A stretch of DNA of 64,000 bases, taken from positions 370,647-434,646 of the forward strand of contig CBFFRQ010000078.1 of assembly GCA_965644315.1 (NCBI GenBank), written 5' to 3'. Origin of the DNA: Caecitellus pseudoparvulus. Lineage: Eukaryota; Protista; Bigyra: Bicosoecida. A program made the translations under genes and the position numbers. This document shows positions 34,185 through 44,800 of this stretch, in pieces. The notes below the pieces were generated by a model, which saw only the letters and a list, made by a program, of their open reading frames with translations, made no database searches and was not told the DNA's origin. How positions within the stretch are numbered: the first letter of the stretch is position 1; the number at the start of each line of letters is the position of its first letter.

Positions 34185-37100
34185 ATGGCATCTGTGTCAG
34201 GTGACGCCTTGGGCGCTGTGCAGGAGGCTCACGCCGAGGCTTTGAGAAGCTTGCAGGCGCTGCACGCTGCTGAGCTGTCCCGCCTGCGCCAAGCCCTGGA
34301 TGCAGCCCAGCGCCAAGTGCGCCTGCGGGACTCTATCATTGCGAAGCTCATTGATGAAGCGGCCCAAGCGCGCGCCAGTGCTCTGGGCGAAGCGCCGTCC
34401 GTGCCCGCCGGGGACAGTGCAGGAGACGCCCACTGCGCCGGTGAAGGCACTCTTGTGCCCGTGCCAGGGGGGAGCGTTGAAGGTTCGGCAGGCACTACCT
34501 CAAGCTCGACAGAAGCAAGGAGCGATGGCAGTGCCGCTGCAACAGGCTCTGGCGGCGCAGGCGGCGTCAGTAGGCAAGCGCTACTGAGCGCAGTGGGAAG
34601 TGCACAAGTGGACCCAGCCGACAAGCAGTCACTCCCACGCCTGCGCAAGATTGTTGCACGGATGAAGGCCGTGCGTAGCCGCATTGGGTCTACAAGTGGC
34701 ATGCGAGCGGACCATTGGCTGCGCCTGCGGGAGGTGGACGGAGAGCCAATGCTCGAAGCGCCGCGCAGGGTTGCAGATGTGTTGGAGGCTGCTCCTTCCA
34801 CGAAGCTGCTGCGCCCCGCCACGCTGTGCATGCGCGGCGTGAGGGAGCTGGCGGACGGCACGTTCTGTGCGGCACTGCGCGTTCGCTGCGGCTCAGACTT
34901 CCTCATTGTCTCCTCTGCCCACAAACGGCGGCACCCCGTGTTGGCGGGGCTTGACGCCGATGCGCTGGAGCGAAAGTTCCTTCCGAACCCTGCCGCGCGG
35001 CGGGTGAACTTTGGCGCTTCGGGCGAAGAGTGGCAGATGGTGGGCAAGGTCAGCTCGGCTGCCCGACTGCATGTTGCGCAGGTGATGCCTCAGGTGCCAG
35101 GCAGTGGCGGCTCGACTGGCGGCCTTGCCCTGCCAAGTGCCACCCTGGACCCGGCAACCTGCCTCGCAGCGGCGCTGTTCCATGCCGACCAGGTGGACAT
35201 GGAGAAAGTGTGGAGGGGCCTTGGGCTGGACAAGGTACGACCAGGCCCCCTGCCGCCCCTGACGCACGCCAAGCGTGGCCACTTAGGACACGTTTGCGAG
35301 GCGCAGCCGTGGCTGGCCCCACGCGCTGTCGGCCGCAATTGGGCCACCTGCACGCCCCGGCGCCCGGAACACATCGCACAGCCCCTGCACGTGATGCACG
35401 ACGACGCACGTCAGTTTGTGCACGTGGCTGTGGCTGACGGGGCCGACGGAGCTGCTCTGCGTGTGTGGGTGAAGTTTCAGAGCCGTGGTGCCAGCTCGCA
35501 GGCGTCCTGCCACGTGAAGCTGCTGCCTGTCGCGGCAGCTCTTCTCGCAGACGCCTTGCAGCGCAAGGCGTTCCGCTCCCCCTCCCACCGCCGCGTGAAC
35601 TTCGCAGAGGAGGCGGGGGAGTGGCAGTACGTGCCGGTGCCCCGGGACGCCCCGTCCGGCAGTGGGCAGCCCATGTTCGTGCAGTACAAGCCTGGCCTGG
35701 AGCCGACGCCGAACCTCGACTTTCCAGAGTACACTGTGCACCGGGGCAGCTCTGGCAGCAAGCGCGGTGGGGCCAGTGAGACCAGTCTTGGGTGGGTGCG
35801 GGAGCTGATGGCAAACGTGCTTGATGCGCAGGCAGGCCGACGGACGCTGCCCCCCATCATGCTCAGCGGCACGGCTGCGCTGTCGGATGATGAGAGTGGT
35901 GCATCTGTCAGCTTTGGCGAAGGGCAGGGAGACTCTGACTCGGCGGACGAGTCAGAGTCGGATGGCGAGGACTCCACTGCGGACGCCGACTCTGTTGCAT
36001 CCCTGAGCAGTGCCTCGGTTCAGAAGCTGCTGTCAGACAGCGACAAGCTCCGGGCCATGTTTTCATTCTCTGCCGCACACTTGCGCAGCCTGTCCGCCGA
36101 AGCCACCACGCTGCACCCGCGTGACGCGTCTGAAGCAGCAGGTGACACGTGGCTGACCCTGCACACTGTGAGTGGTGCGGACGGCGAGCCCATGCTCGTG
36201 ACCAGCACACCGCGGACGCCGGCTGATACGCCTGGGGGGCAGGAGGCAGAGTCTAAAGAGGACCGTGTGCGGTGGTTGCGGGGCGTGCGCCTGGAGCGAG
36301 ATGGGAAGCGCATGTGCATCAGCGTGAGCCTGGGAGCCACCCGCGCAGAGCGGCAGACCCGCACGGTGTCTATGAGCGTGACGGCCGCTGCAGCCGCCTG
36401 CATCCACGACGCAGCACAACGAGCGCTGCTCCCTAACCCGGCGCATCGCCGTGTCAACTTCGCCCAGGAGGAGGGGGAGTGGCAGTACGTTGTGCGGCGG
36501 GGCAAGCCCCACAACGCGCCCATCCACTTCTTGCAGTACCGCCCTAGTCTGCAGCAAGGGGCCGCTGCAGGAGCTGCGTCTGCCGCCGTCGGCGGCGCAC
36601 ATGCACCTACGGATGTGGCGCCAAGTGACACCGCCGCTCCTGCACACTCCCCTGCAGCTGCCTCTGGCCGCAGTGCCAGGTCAGCCACAGCGTCCCCCGC
36701 TGCAAAGCGCCCGCGCACAGGCACAGCCAGCACCGCCTCGCACCTGCAGCGGCCGCCTGCCAGCCTGCCTGCAGTGCAGTCTGCTCTAGGCACCAGCTCG
36801 CCTGTCGTGGACTCGGACGGGTACTTCTCTGAGTCCAGTGACGTGCAGGAGGTGGAGGGGGGGGGCGACGCCCCACTCACCATGGAGCAGTGGGTGAACG
36901 CCACCACCCACCTGGTGGCGCAAGACCGTGTGCCAGCGGGGCAGGAGGAGAGTGCTATGCTGGCGTACTTGCATGCGGCACAACAGGCGCCAGCACGCCC
37001 TCAGCCGCAGACAGCCACTGAGCGCGCAGCGCTGCACTTCCGGGTGAATGGCAGGGAGCGCCGTCTGTACCGGTGCATCCGCCACTGCCCAACTGACCGC

Positions 37101-37406
37101 AAGCGCTTTGCGCTGAAGGTGCAGTTCTCTGCTTTTGACGGGGGCCGGACGTATGAGACGCCGTTCGAGGCGGCCTTGGCCGCGGACGCTGCCCTGCGCC
37201 ACATGCAGCTGAACCCCGAGAAACGCCTCGTGAACTTTAAAAGACCAGGGTCCAAGGAGATGCAGTTCATCCCCTGCTCCAAGTCTGTGCGGGGGGTGGT
37301 GTACCGAGCAGTCTCCGACTCCAGCGACACTCCCACACCGGCGCCTGGCAACGCCAGCGGGCAGGGCTCCCCTGCACCGCTGGGTGGCGCCAAACGCCCC
37401 CGCTGA
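34185..37406 (+). CDS. Coiled-coil protein with four divergent AP2-like repeats; putative transcription factor
   Basis: 1073-aa ORF with four copies of [RGVR-like strand...AA..xD(A)..R...NP..RxVNF....(G)EWQYV], an N-terminal coiled coil and a C-terminal KRPR. Confidence 0.7.
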   Translation: MASVSGDALGAVQEAHAEALRSLQALHAAELSRLRQALDAAQRQVRLRDSIIAKLIDEAAQARASALGEAPSVPAGDSAGDAHCAGEGTLVPVPGGSVEGSAGTTSSSTEARSDGSAAATGSGGAGGVSRQALLSAVGSAQVDPADKQSLPRLRKIVARMKAVRSRIGSTSGMRADHWLRLREVDGEPMLEAPRRVADVLEAAPSTKLLRPATLCMRGVRELADGTFCAALRVRCGSDFLIVSSAHKRRHPVLAGLDADALERKFLPNPAARRVNFGASGEEWQMVGKVSSAARLHVAQVMPQVPGSGGSTGGLALPSATLDPATCLAAALFHADQVDMEKVWRGLGLDKVRPGPLPPLTHAKRGHLGHVCEAQPWLAPRAVGRNWATCTPRRPEHIAQPLHVMHDDARQFVHVAVADGADGAALRVWVKFQSRGASSQASCHVKLLPVAAALLADALQRKAFRSPSHRRVNFAEEAGEWQYVPVPRDAPSGSGQPMFVQYKPGLEPTPNLDFPEYTVHRGSSGSKRGGASETSLGWVRELMANVLDAQAGRRTLPPIMLSGTAALSDDESGASVSFGEGQGDSDSADESESDGEDSTADADSVASLSSASVQKLLSDSDKLRAMFSFSAAHLRSLSAEATTLHPRDASEAAGDTWLTLHTVSGADGEPMLVTSTPRTPADTPGGQEAESKEDRVRWLRGVRLERDGKRMCISVSLGATRAERQTRTVSMSVTAAAAACIHDAAQRALLPNPAHRRVNFAQEEGEWQYVVRRGKPHNAPIHFLQYRPSLQQGAAAGAASAAVGGAHAPTDVAPSDTAAPAHSPAAASGRSARSATASPAAKRPRTGTASTASHLQRPPASLPAVQSALGTSSPVVDSDGYFSESSDVQEVEGGGDAPLTMEQWVNATTHLVAQDRVPAGQEESAMLAYLHAAQQAPARPQPQTATERAALHFRVNGRERRLYRCIRHCPTDRKRFALKVQFSAFDGGRTYETPFEAALAADAALRHMQLNPEKRLVNFKRPGSKEMQFIPCSKSVRGVVYRAVSDSSDTPTPAPGNASGQGSPAPLGGAKRPR

Positions 37407-37728
37407 CCATTGCAGCAATGCAACAGTGTGTACTGGTGAGGGGTGCAGGCGGGTGACGAGGGGGGGGTGGGCTGGTGCGGGGAAGGGTGTGCAGGGGGGT
37501 TCCGCCACACCAACGCCCCCTGCACACCCCTGCTCACGCGCACATCCCCCTCACCCCCCCTCGTCACCCCCTCACACAGGTGCCTTGGTCGCTCCCTCAG
37601 CGACCCGTACCCACGTGTTGGCCTGAGAGCGCACTGGTGCTCCCCCGCGGTCACGGCAGGGCACGGCACGGCACCCGCTTTGAACGCGGTGCGGAATTCG
37701 CGCCGGCACATCACCTTCCTCTGCAGCC

Positions 37729-38920
37729 ATGGCGTACCACTCCAGCAATGCAGACATGCTGGAGGTCATGCAAGCTGCTGAAGCAGTGCTGCTGGCTGAT
37801 GGTGGTGTGCCCCCTGCCGCCCCCTCAACAGCTGCAGCAGCTGGCGACTTGGCAGAGGAAGAGCGGCAGGCGGCGCTGGCTGTCGCAGGCGCCCACGGCT
37901 TTGGCTCTGAGGAGGAGGAGGAAGGCGAGGAGGACGGGGAGGGCAGTGGCGATGATGGGGATGCTGGGGATGACGCCAGCAGCATGGGAGGCGCGCTGTC
38001 AGCGGCGGGTCAGGGGGGCGCCGGCGGCACAGGCCCGGACGTGGCATTTCTCGCCACCAAGATCTCCGAGCTCGCCACCACCACGGCGGCCATGCAGAAG
38101 GTGCGCAGGGGGCGGCGCCTAGTTTACAGTCGCCCGGCACCGCGCCACCCTTCCACACGCTATCTTTTCGCAGACCCTGAAGGACATGCTGGCAGCGCTG
38201 TCCGGTGCGCCCGCGCCAGCCAAGGCGCCCACCACCTCCACCAAGACTGCCGCTGCCAAGCGCAAGCGTCGGTCCCACGTGCGCACCAGTGCCAGCCCAG
38301 AGGTGGCGGCGTGGGTGGAGCAGTCGTGGGCGGCGCTGGGCAAGGCGGGGCGCACGGCAGCCGGCAAGGCCAAGGCCATGGTGGCACAGGAGCGGGACCT
38401 GGTGGGACCCCGCCCCCACCCCGTGTCCATTGAGGACAGGCGCGCCGTGGAGCACAGGGCAGGCAGCCAGACCCTGCTCATGTACGTCGGCGCTCACCGC
38501 GGGTGCACGGCAGACAGCTTCCAGGTGTCGGAGGATCTGCGCCGCATCGAAGGCAACAAGCTGTACAACTCCGCGTACGATGCGGCCATGGCACACGACG
38601 AGATCGTGCGGCGCCTGGTGCCGGCGGAGGCTGACCGCCTGGTGAACTTCAAGGCGCCTGGCTCGCTGGAGCGCCAGTACATCCCCTGCACGCGCACTGT
38701 GCGCCGTGCAGCGCAGATCCAACTGCCCCTTCCCTCGCTGCTGGGCGCCGGGGCTGTAGGGGAGGCAGCCCCTGAGGCAGCCCCTGAACCTGCTCCTGCC
38801 CCTGCAGCAGCCTCTGCGCAATCTGGTCCCGGCGTGACGTACTCGGAGGGGGATCTGGAGGGTGCCCTGGCAGACATGACGAGTGAACCTAAACGCCGCC
38901 GCACTGACGCAGGGCTGTGA
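37729..38920 (+). CDS. Two-exon paralog with one AP2-like repeat; putative nuclear DNA-binding protein
   Basis: Exon 37729-38100, intron 38101-38173 (GTGCGC...CGCAG, phase 0), exon 38174-38920. YNSAYDAAMAHDEIVRRLVPAEADRLVNFKAPGSLERQYIPC matches the last repeat of the upstream gene. Basic motifs KRKRR and PKRRR. Confidence 0.68.
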
Positions 38921-39020
38921 CACCGCCGGGCGGTGTGGGCAGCGGAATGCAGCAAATGCACCCCCAGTGCACACACCCATAGAATTGCATTGCGTTGGAA
39001 TTGGAACGGTCCAGGGTGCG

Positions 39021-41201
39021 CTACACTACGTCCGCTGACGGCACAGCCGCATGGGCCGTGGTGCCGTCAGTGTGGTGTAGGTGGGGAGCTTGTCCGCCTA
39101 CCCAGCCGCCGTCAGACATGGCCACAGGCTGCACGGGGCGTTGGAAGACAAAGCCCCACGAGGAAAACTTCTCACTCAGTGCCATCCACATCTGGGACCT
39201 GGCCACCGCCAGCCGGGCGCTCTGAGCGGGGGGACGCTGGTACTGCAAGTACAGCATGATGTCGACAGTGCCGTCCAGGCCATGAGACAGCCCCAACACG
39301 TACACTTTGGGCGCTGGCCCCCAATGCACAGAGTACTGCCTGCAGTGCTCCTGCAACCAGCGCTCCAGCGCAGCCAGCTGCGCAGAGGTGATGTTGGACG
39401 GCACTTTGCACGGCAGCAGCACCGTGGTGGTTGCGGTGCGGCTCAGGTTTTGCACCGGCATGGTGCTGAGGACATCGTTGCCGATGGTGACGTGTGCGCC
39501 CGTCTCTGCAAACTTGAAGGTGCAGGACATGACCCCCACTGCTAGAACGTCCAGCTTGCCGCCGTTCAGGACGTTCTGCAGGATGATGCGCTCGCCGACG
39601 TCGAAGGGCCGCACGCCGAGGACGAAGGTGAGGGAGGCCACGAGGCGGGACACAGAGGGGCCGATGGCAAAGGACACCGCCAGCAGCACTGCGGACAGGG
39701 GCAGCAGCACCGCGCTGACGTCGAGCTGGTACACGATGAAGAGAAACACCACCGCGACGAAGATGAGCGCCGCGTCGACGAGGATGGACACTGCCGACGA
39801 CACCGTCGTGCGACCTGCCAAGGTGGCCTGCGCGGTGGCGAAGGAGTCCCACATGCCGGCAATGCCTTCTGTGAACTCAGCCAAGGACACCCGGCTGTCC
39901 CCACTGACGTCCAGGCGGCTCAGCAGCGCCCCGGCTTCCTCGTGTCCCAGCACCGTCTCCAAGTGCTCCAGGCCCAGCGCGCGACCTGGCTGGCGAGCAG
40001 GCATGACCACCGCCTCCACCATGACTGAGGCCGTGCGGGTCTCGGGCGGGGAGGGGCTGCGTGTGTCCCCCGAGCCTCGTTGGCGTAGGCGGGTGGCGCC
40101 GGTGTCCACACCGTCCACGTCGGGCGCAGGCGCCACAGCACCGGGGGGCGGGGGCGTGCACGTGGCCACTTGGCTGAACAGGATGGGGAAGAGGGCCTTG
40201 GCAGCCCGTGCAGCCTGGCTGCGGGAAGCCAGGTGGATGGTGGGATAAGCTGCGACATGGACCTCCTCCTCGCAGGGCGTGGGGGGGGTTGACTGCGTCA
40301 CATGTGGCGCCATGTGCAGCGGCCAGAACGAGCGCTTCGGGCCGCCACCCTTGGCCATGCCAGGCGGCGCAGCCACCACCAGCTGGGCGCTCTCTGCCCA
40401 GCGCAGTTGGTGCGTGAGGTCCATGTCCACGAGGTCGTCCATGGTGACGTCAGGGGGGGGTGCCTCTGCCTGGGGCGGCAGGAACAGTGCCCTCAGCGTG
40501 TCCCGAATGTGTACGAGGGTCTCCAGGTTCTCCATGGTGGCGCCCCGTGCCACGCGCTGCACTGACAGGCGCACCACCACCCGGCGCACGACGATGAGAG
40601 CTGCCAGCACCAGAATGTACACAGCGGTGTTGAAGATGCCTGCGAAGTCATACTCTGGCAGGGCAGACTGCAGGGCCAAGTCCACGATCACCATGCAGGC
40701 GCCTGCCCACACCATGACCGCCAGCGGGCCGTGTCCTGTGGCCACCCAGCTGGCAGCGTGTCGGGCACAGCAGCCGCTGCGCACTGCAGCGACGGGGCTC
40801 CAGTGCAGCAGGGACGTGTCGACGAGGACGGCGACAGGCCAGGAGCCGGCAATGAGGGCCGTCGCGAGGATGACAGCCCGGATCCGAGCTGTCGCGGCGT
40901 CCAGCTCCAGCAGCGTCACAAACGTGGCCAGCAGAAGCAGAGCGGAGAGGACAGCCAGTGCCAGCGAGCGTCGCGTCCACCGCCCACGCAGCAGCGCCGA
41001 GTCGCTGCTGAAGTTGGGCTGGGCTCGCCGAGTGCATGAGGAGCAGCAGCCAGCGCTGGCAGTGTCTCGGGACAGCAGCTGCTGCATGCTTGACGTGTCG
41101 GCGCGGGGGGAGCCGCTGCCTTCAGGTGTCGACGGCAGTTCAAATTCCGCGAAAGGAAGAAGAGGGAGTCGAGCCGAAGACGCCCACAGGAGCTCAGGCA
41201 T
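39021..41201 (-). CDS. MscS-like mechanosensitive channel with EF-hand (MSL/Msy type)
   Basis: Multiple N-terminal TMs, EF-hand loop DVSGDSRVSLAEF, pore region LLAVSFAIGPSVSRLVASLTFVLGVRPFDVGERI, and NDVLSTMPVQNLSR. Confidence 0.9.
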   Translation of the reverse strand: MPELLWASSARLPLLPFAEFELPSTPEGSGSPRADTSSMQQLLSRDTASAGCCSSCTRRAQPNFSSDSALLRGRWTRRSLALAVLSALLLLATFVTLLELDAATARIRAVILATALIAGSWPVAVLVDTSLLHWSPVAAVRSGCCARHAASWVATGHGPLAVMVWAGACMVIVDLALQSALPEYDFAGIFNTAVYILVLAALIVVRRVVVRLSVQRVARGATMENLETLVHIRDTLRALFLPPQAEAPPPDVTMDDLVDMDLTHQLRWAESAQLVVAAPPGMAKGGGPKRSFWPLHMAPHVTQSTPPTPCEEEVHVAAYPTIHLASRSQAARAAKALFPILFSQVATCTPPPPGAVAPAPDVDGVDTGATRLRQRGSGDTRSPSPPETRTASVMVEAVVMPARQPGRALGLEHLETVLGHEEAGALLSRLDVSGDSRVSLAEFTEGIAGMWDSFATAQATLAGRTTVSSAVSILVDAALIFVAVVFLFIVYQLDVSAVLLPLSAVLLAVSFAIGPSVSRLVASLTFVLGVRPFDVGERIILQNVLNGGKLDVLAVGVMSCTFKFAETGAHVTIGNDVLSTMPVQNLSRTATTTVLLPCKVPSNITSAQLAALERWLQEHCRQYSVHWGPAPKVYVLGLSHGLDGTVDIMLYLQYQRPPAQSARLAVARSQMWMALSEKFSSWGFVFQRPVQPVAMSDGGWVGGQAPHLHHTDGTTAHAAVPSADVV

Positions 41202-41820
41202 GAAGGACGGGGGTGCTGGGAGGAGGTGGTGATGGGGGTTTTGCGGCCAAGGGGGGTGCCGGGGTGGCCGTTTGGGATTTGAACGTGCCAGAGCGCCTGG
41301 TCTTCGCTGCTGGGTAACGAAGAACTGCTGGGCTTGGTGCAGGTGTGTGGTGCTCTCGCTGGCGCCGGTGTGCGAGCTGCAGGTTCAAAGATTGCGCAGC
41401 GTGAGGGGGGGCGACAAAACAAACTGCTCCCTGTGCATTCAGGCTCTTCACCTCGCACAACATCGGCTGTTTTCTGTTGAGAGCGCCTGCTCAAGCGCCA
41501 AGCCTGTGCAGAGGCAACGTCCCAGCGACAGCGGGACAGGTGAGGCAGCACGCCGCGCCAGGCCCACGTCTGCTCACTGCATGCAAGGAGGAGCAGGGCA
41601 GGTTGGTGTAACTGCGTCAATCTTGGGCTTCCTTGGCACCCACGCGATCTCCTTCCGTGAGCTGCTCCTTGGAGCACACTTTGCGGAAGGCTTTCAGGCG
41701 TTTCACACTCCGCTCTCCACGCACGCCGCCAAGGGCAGCCTGAGGTGCTGCCTGCGCGCGTAGGTGGGCTAGAACGGCGAGCTTTGCTGTAATACGTCGT
41801 GTTTACAGTGCCTGTGCACC

Positions 41821-44800
41821 ATGGGTACGTCGCGGCAAGCGCTCTGTGCCCTGTTGCTGCTGACGTCGGCGTGCTCGCCTGTCATCACGACGGCGGCAGC
41901 GAGGCAGGGCTCCGCTGCCCTTTCGTTGGCGGTCCCCCGCCTGCTTGGTGTGTCAGGCTGCTTGATCCCGCCCACAGTGTCCGTGGGCATACACACGGCG
42001 CTTGCCTGTGCACTAATGTTGGACGGCTCAGTGCAGTGTTGGGGCACCAACTACCGGGGGAGGCTGGGTGTGCCTGGTCTTGGACCAGTTGGCAACGACA
42101 CCTCAGTGGCGTCAGCGCCTAAAATTCTCCTCCCGCTGAACACAACTGCCGTGCAGTTGTCTGTGGGTGACAGTCATGCGTGTGTCGTGCTGAGCAACGG
42201 GCGCATCTTGTGCTGGGGCTCCTTCCACCAAGGCAAGCTTGGCGGCGGGCACACGTCAAACGTAGGGGACAATGAGCACGTGAGGGATGGCGCGTACACG
42301 GCGACGGTTGGCAACCAGCTTGCAGTGCGGGTGAGCTGCAATCGCCTGCACTCCTGCGCTGTCCTGGCCAACGGCAGCGTGCAGTGCTGGGGCAACAGCG
42401 AATCGGGCAGGCTGGGTGTGGGGAACGTGTCTCACATCCCTGACACTGCGCCTGCCGATGCGCGGGGTGTCCTTGCGACGATTGGCGGGCTCGCTGCTGT
42501 AGACGTGTCCGCGGGGCGCTTTGGGGGTTGCATGGTGCTCTCCAACGGTACCTTGCAGTGCTGGGGCTCCACGGCACACGGCCGAGTTGGACTGGGCACG
42601 CCGTGGGACGGTGTGCTGGGCGACAATGAGACGATCAACGTGGCTGGATTCGTCAGCACGGTGAATGGCTCCGCGGCAGTGCAGGCGTCCATGGGAGACT
42701 ACACGACTTGTGCGTTGTTGGTGGGCGGGCACGTGCAGTGCTGGGGTGATAGCACGGCACATGGAAGTGCCATTCTCAACAACAACATCGGCAACAACCA
42801 GGAGGCTTCTGCAGGTGGAGTAGTGCCGCTGCTCACACCAGGAACCGCTGTGCAAGTGTCTGTGGGCAGTTCGCATGCCTGTGCGGTGCTGAGTACAGGG
42901 GATGTGCAGTGCTGGGGCAGCGGCAGTCGTGGTCAGTTGGGATACGGCAACACGAACGACGTTGGAATTTTCCCGGACCTGGCGACATCTGGGGGTGGCG
43001 TGCCGCGATTTGGCGGGCTGGCTGCGCTGACCGTCAGTGCCGGCACAGGAGCCACGTGCATCACACTGACGGGTGGCGCAGTGCAGTGCTGGGGCAGAAA
43101 CGAAGTGGGCCAGTTGGGCATCGGCTCCACTGACGACATTGGAGACGACGAAACGGCTTCAGACGCAGGCCTGGTGCCGCTGGTCTCTCCGACCCCGCTG
43201 CTGTGCTCGCCGACACCAAGCCCATCTCCATCAGTCACGCCATCGGGCACTCCGAGTACCCCGGGCACACCATCGGGCACACCCAGCGCCTCAAACACGC
43301 CGTCGGGCACGCCAAGCGCTTCAAACACGCCGTCGGGCACGCCAAGCGCTTCAAACACGCCGTCGGGCACGCCAAGCGCTTCAAACACGCCGTCGGGCAC
43401 GCCCTCGACGACTTCCTCGCCGACAGAAACTCCCAGCGCCACTGCGACAGCGTCTGTTTCCCCCAGTGTCACACCGTCCATCTCCCTGACGCCGACCGTG
43501 TCGCCCAGTGCGAGCCCCAGCCCAGAGCTGCCGTCTGCCACAGCTGCGCCCTCGTCGCTGCCCCCTGTGGCAAACATTGACGGGGCTCCGCCTGAGGTGC
43601 GCTTCGCCGAGATTGCCCCGGTATCACTGCCAACGCGGTATTTTTCTCTGGTGGAAGGCGGGCAGCAAGGCGACCAGGACTACAACGTGACGATCCTGGC
43701 GCGGGGCAGGTCAACGCGAGTGCGTGGGTCGGTGGCCTATGCAGGTGTTCTACCGCACGATGCGAACATGACAGGCTTGGTCGCACAAGCGGTGTCTTCT
43801 AACCTGCGGGGGGATCGCCCCAGCATTTGGTTTGTGGGCAGCAGCGTCTCCGAGCCACTGCGCTTAGATCGGTGGACGCGCCTGAACTTTCTTGTGCGTG
43901 TGCGGGGCTATGACAGCGCCCTGCGCAGTGCTGTGCGAGGGGGAGACCTGTCCAGGGTGGCGAGCCATGACGGGCTGTTTGTGTTCCGACTGCGTGTGCT
44001 CGCAACGCACGACTCGTCCCAGCACGCGGAAGTGCCCTTTGCCGTGGACGTGCGCACGTCAGGCGCTGCCGTGTCCCCAGGCAGCATCACACTGTACGCA
44101 GGAGCGGACGGCACGCTGGGAGCCCCACTCACTTCACGAGTGGAAGTGGCAGCTGCAGGGTCGCTGGGTGCTTCCTGGACGGTGCAGCAGACTGCCACGA
44201 CGCTGTGCTGGTTGAGCCTGACGTCCCCCGACGTGACGTCAGGCACTGGCACGGCGCAGCAGGGAGGTGCGACAGAAGGGGGCAGCAAGACCACTCTGCA
44301 GTTGGCTGTGGACTTGTCCCGCCTCGTGAAAGGCATCATCTCGGCTCAGGTGCAAGTGGTGCTTGGGGACCTGGGCGGTACCCGCACAGTGTCCATCCCC
44401 ATCCTGATCTTCGTCTCGCTGCTGCAGCCCTGCCCCAGCGTCTTGAGCCTGCAGTCACGAGCGCCCAGCATTCAGGTGGACGCCGTGCCAGACCAAGGCA
44501 TCGTGGAACGGCAGCGTGTCACAGGTGTGCGCCTGCGCAACCTTGGGCCTGTCACCAGCACGCTGTTTGAGGCAGTGGTCCTGCCAGAGCACGTGCCTGT
44601 GGGCATCGAAGTGGACTGCACAGATCCCAACCCCCCACCAAGCCCCCGAGAACGGTACCATGCCCTCTTGAACGGCACGGGGCTGGCACCGTGGGTGGCG
44701 CCTGCACTGCCCGTCGCGGGGGTGAATGTCGCCGGGCAGAGTGCTGCGGAGCTGGGTCTGGACATCCTTTTCAGCGCAGAGAACACCAGCGATGTCGGCG

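Noticed and set aside
43261-43403. 30-bp repeats as a possible CRISPR array
   Set aside because: Units are head-to-tail with no spacers, in frame within a eukaryotic CDS, and no cas genes are present.
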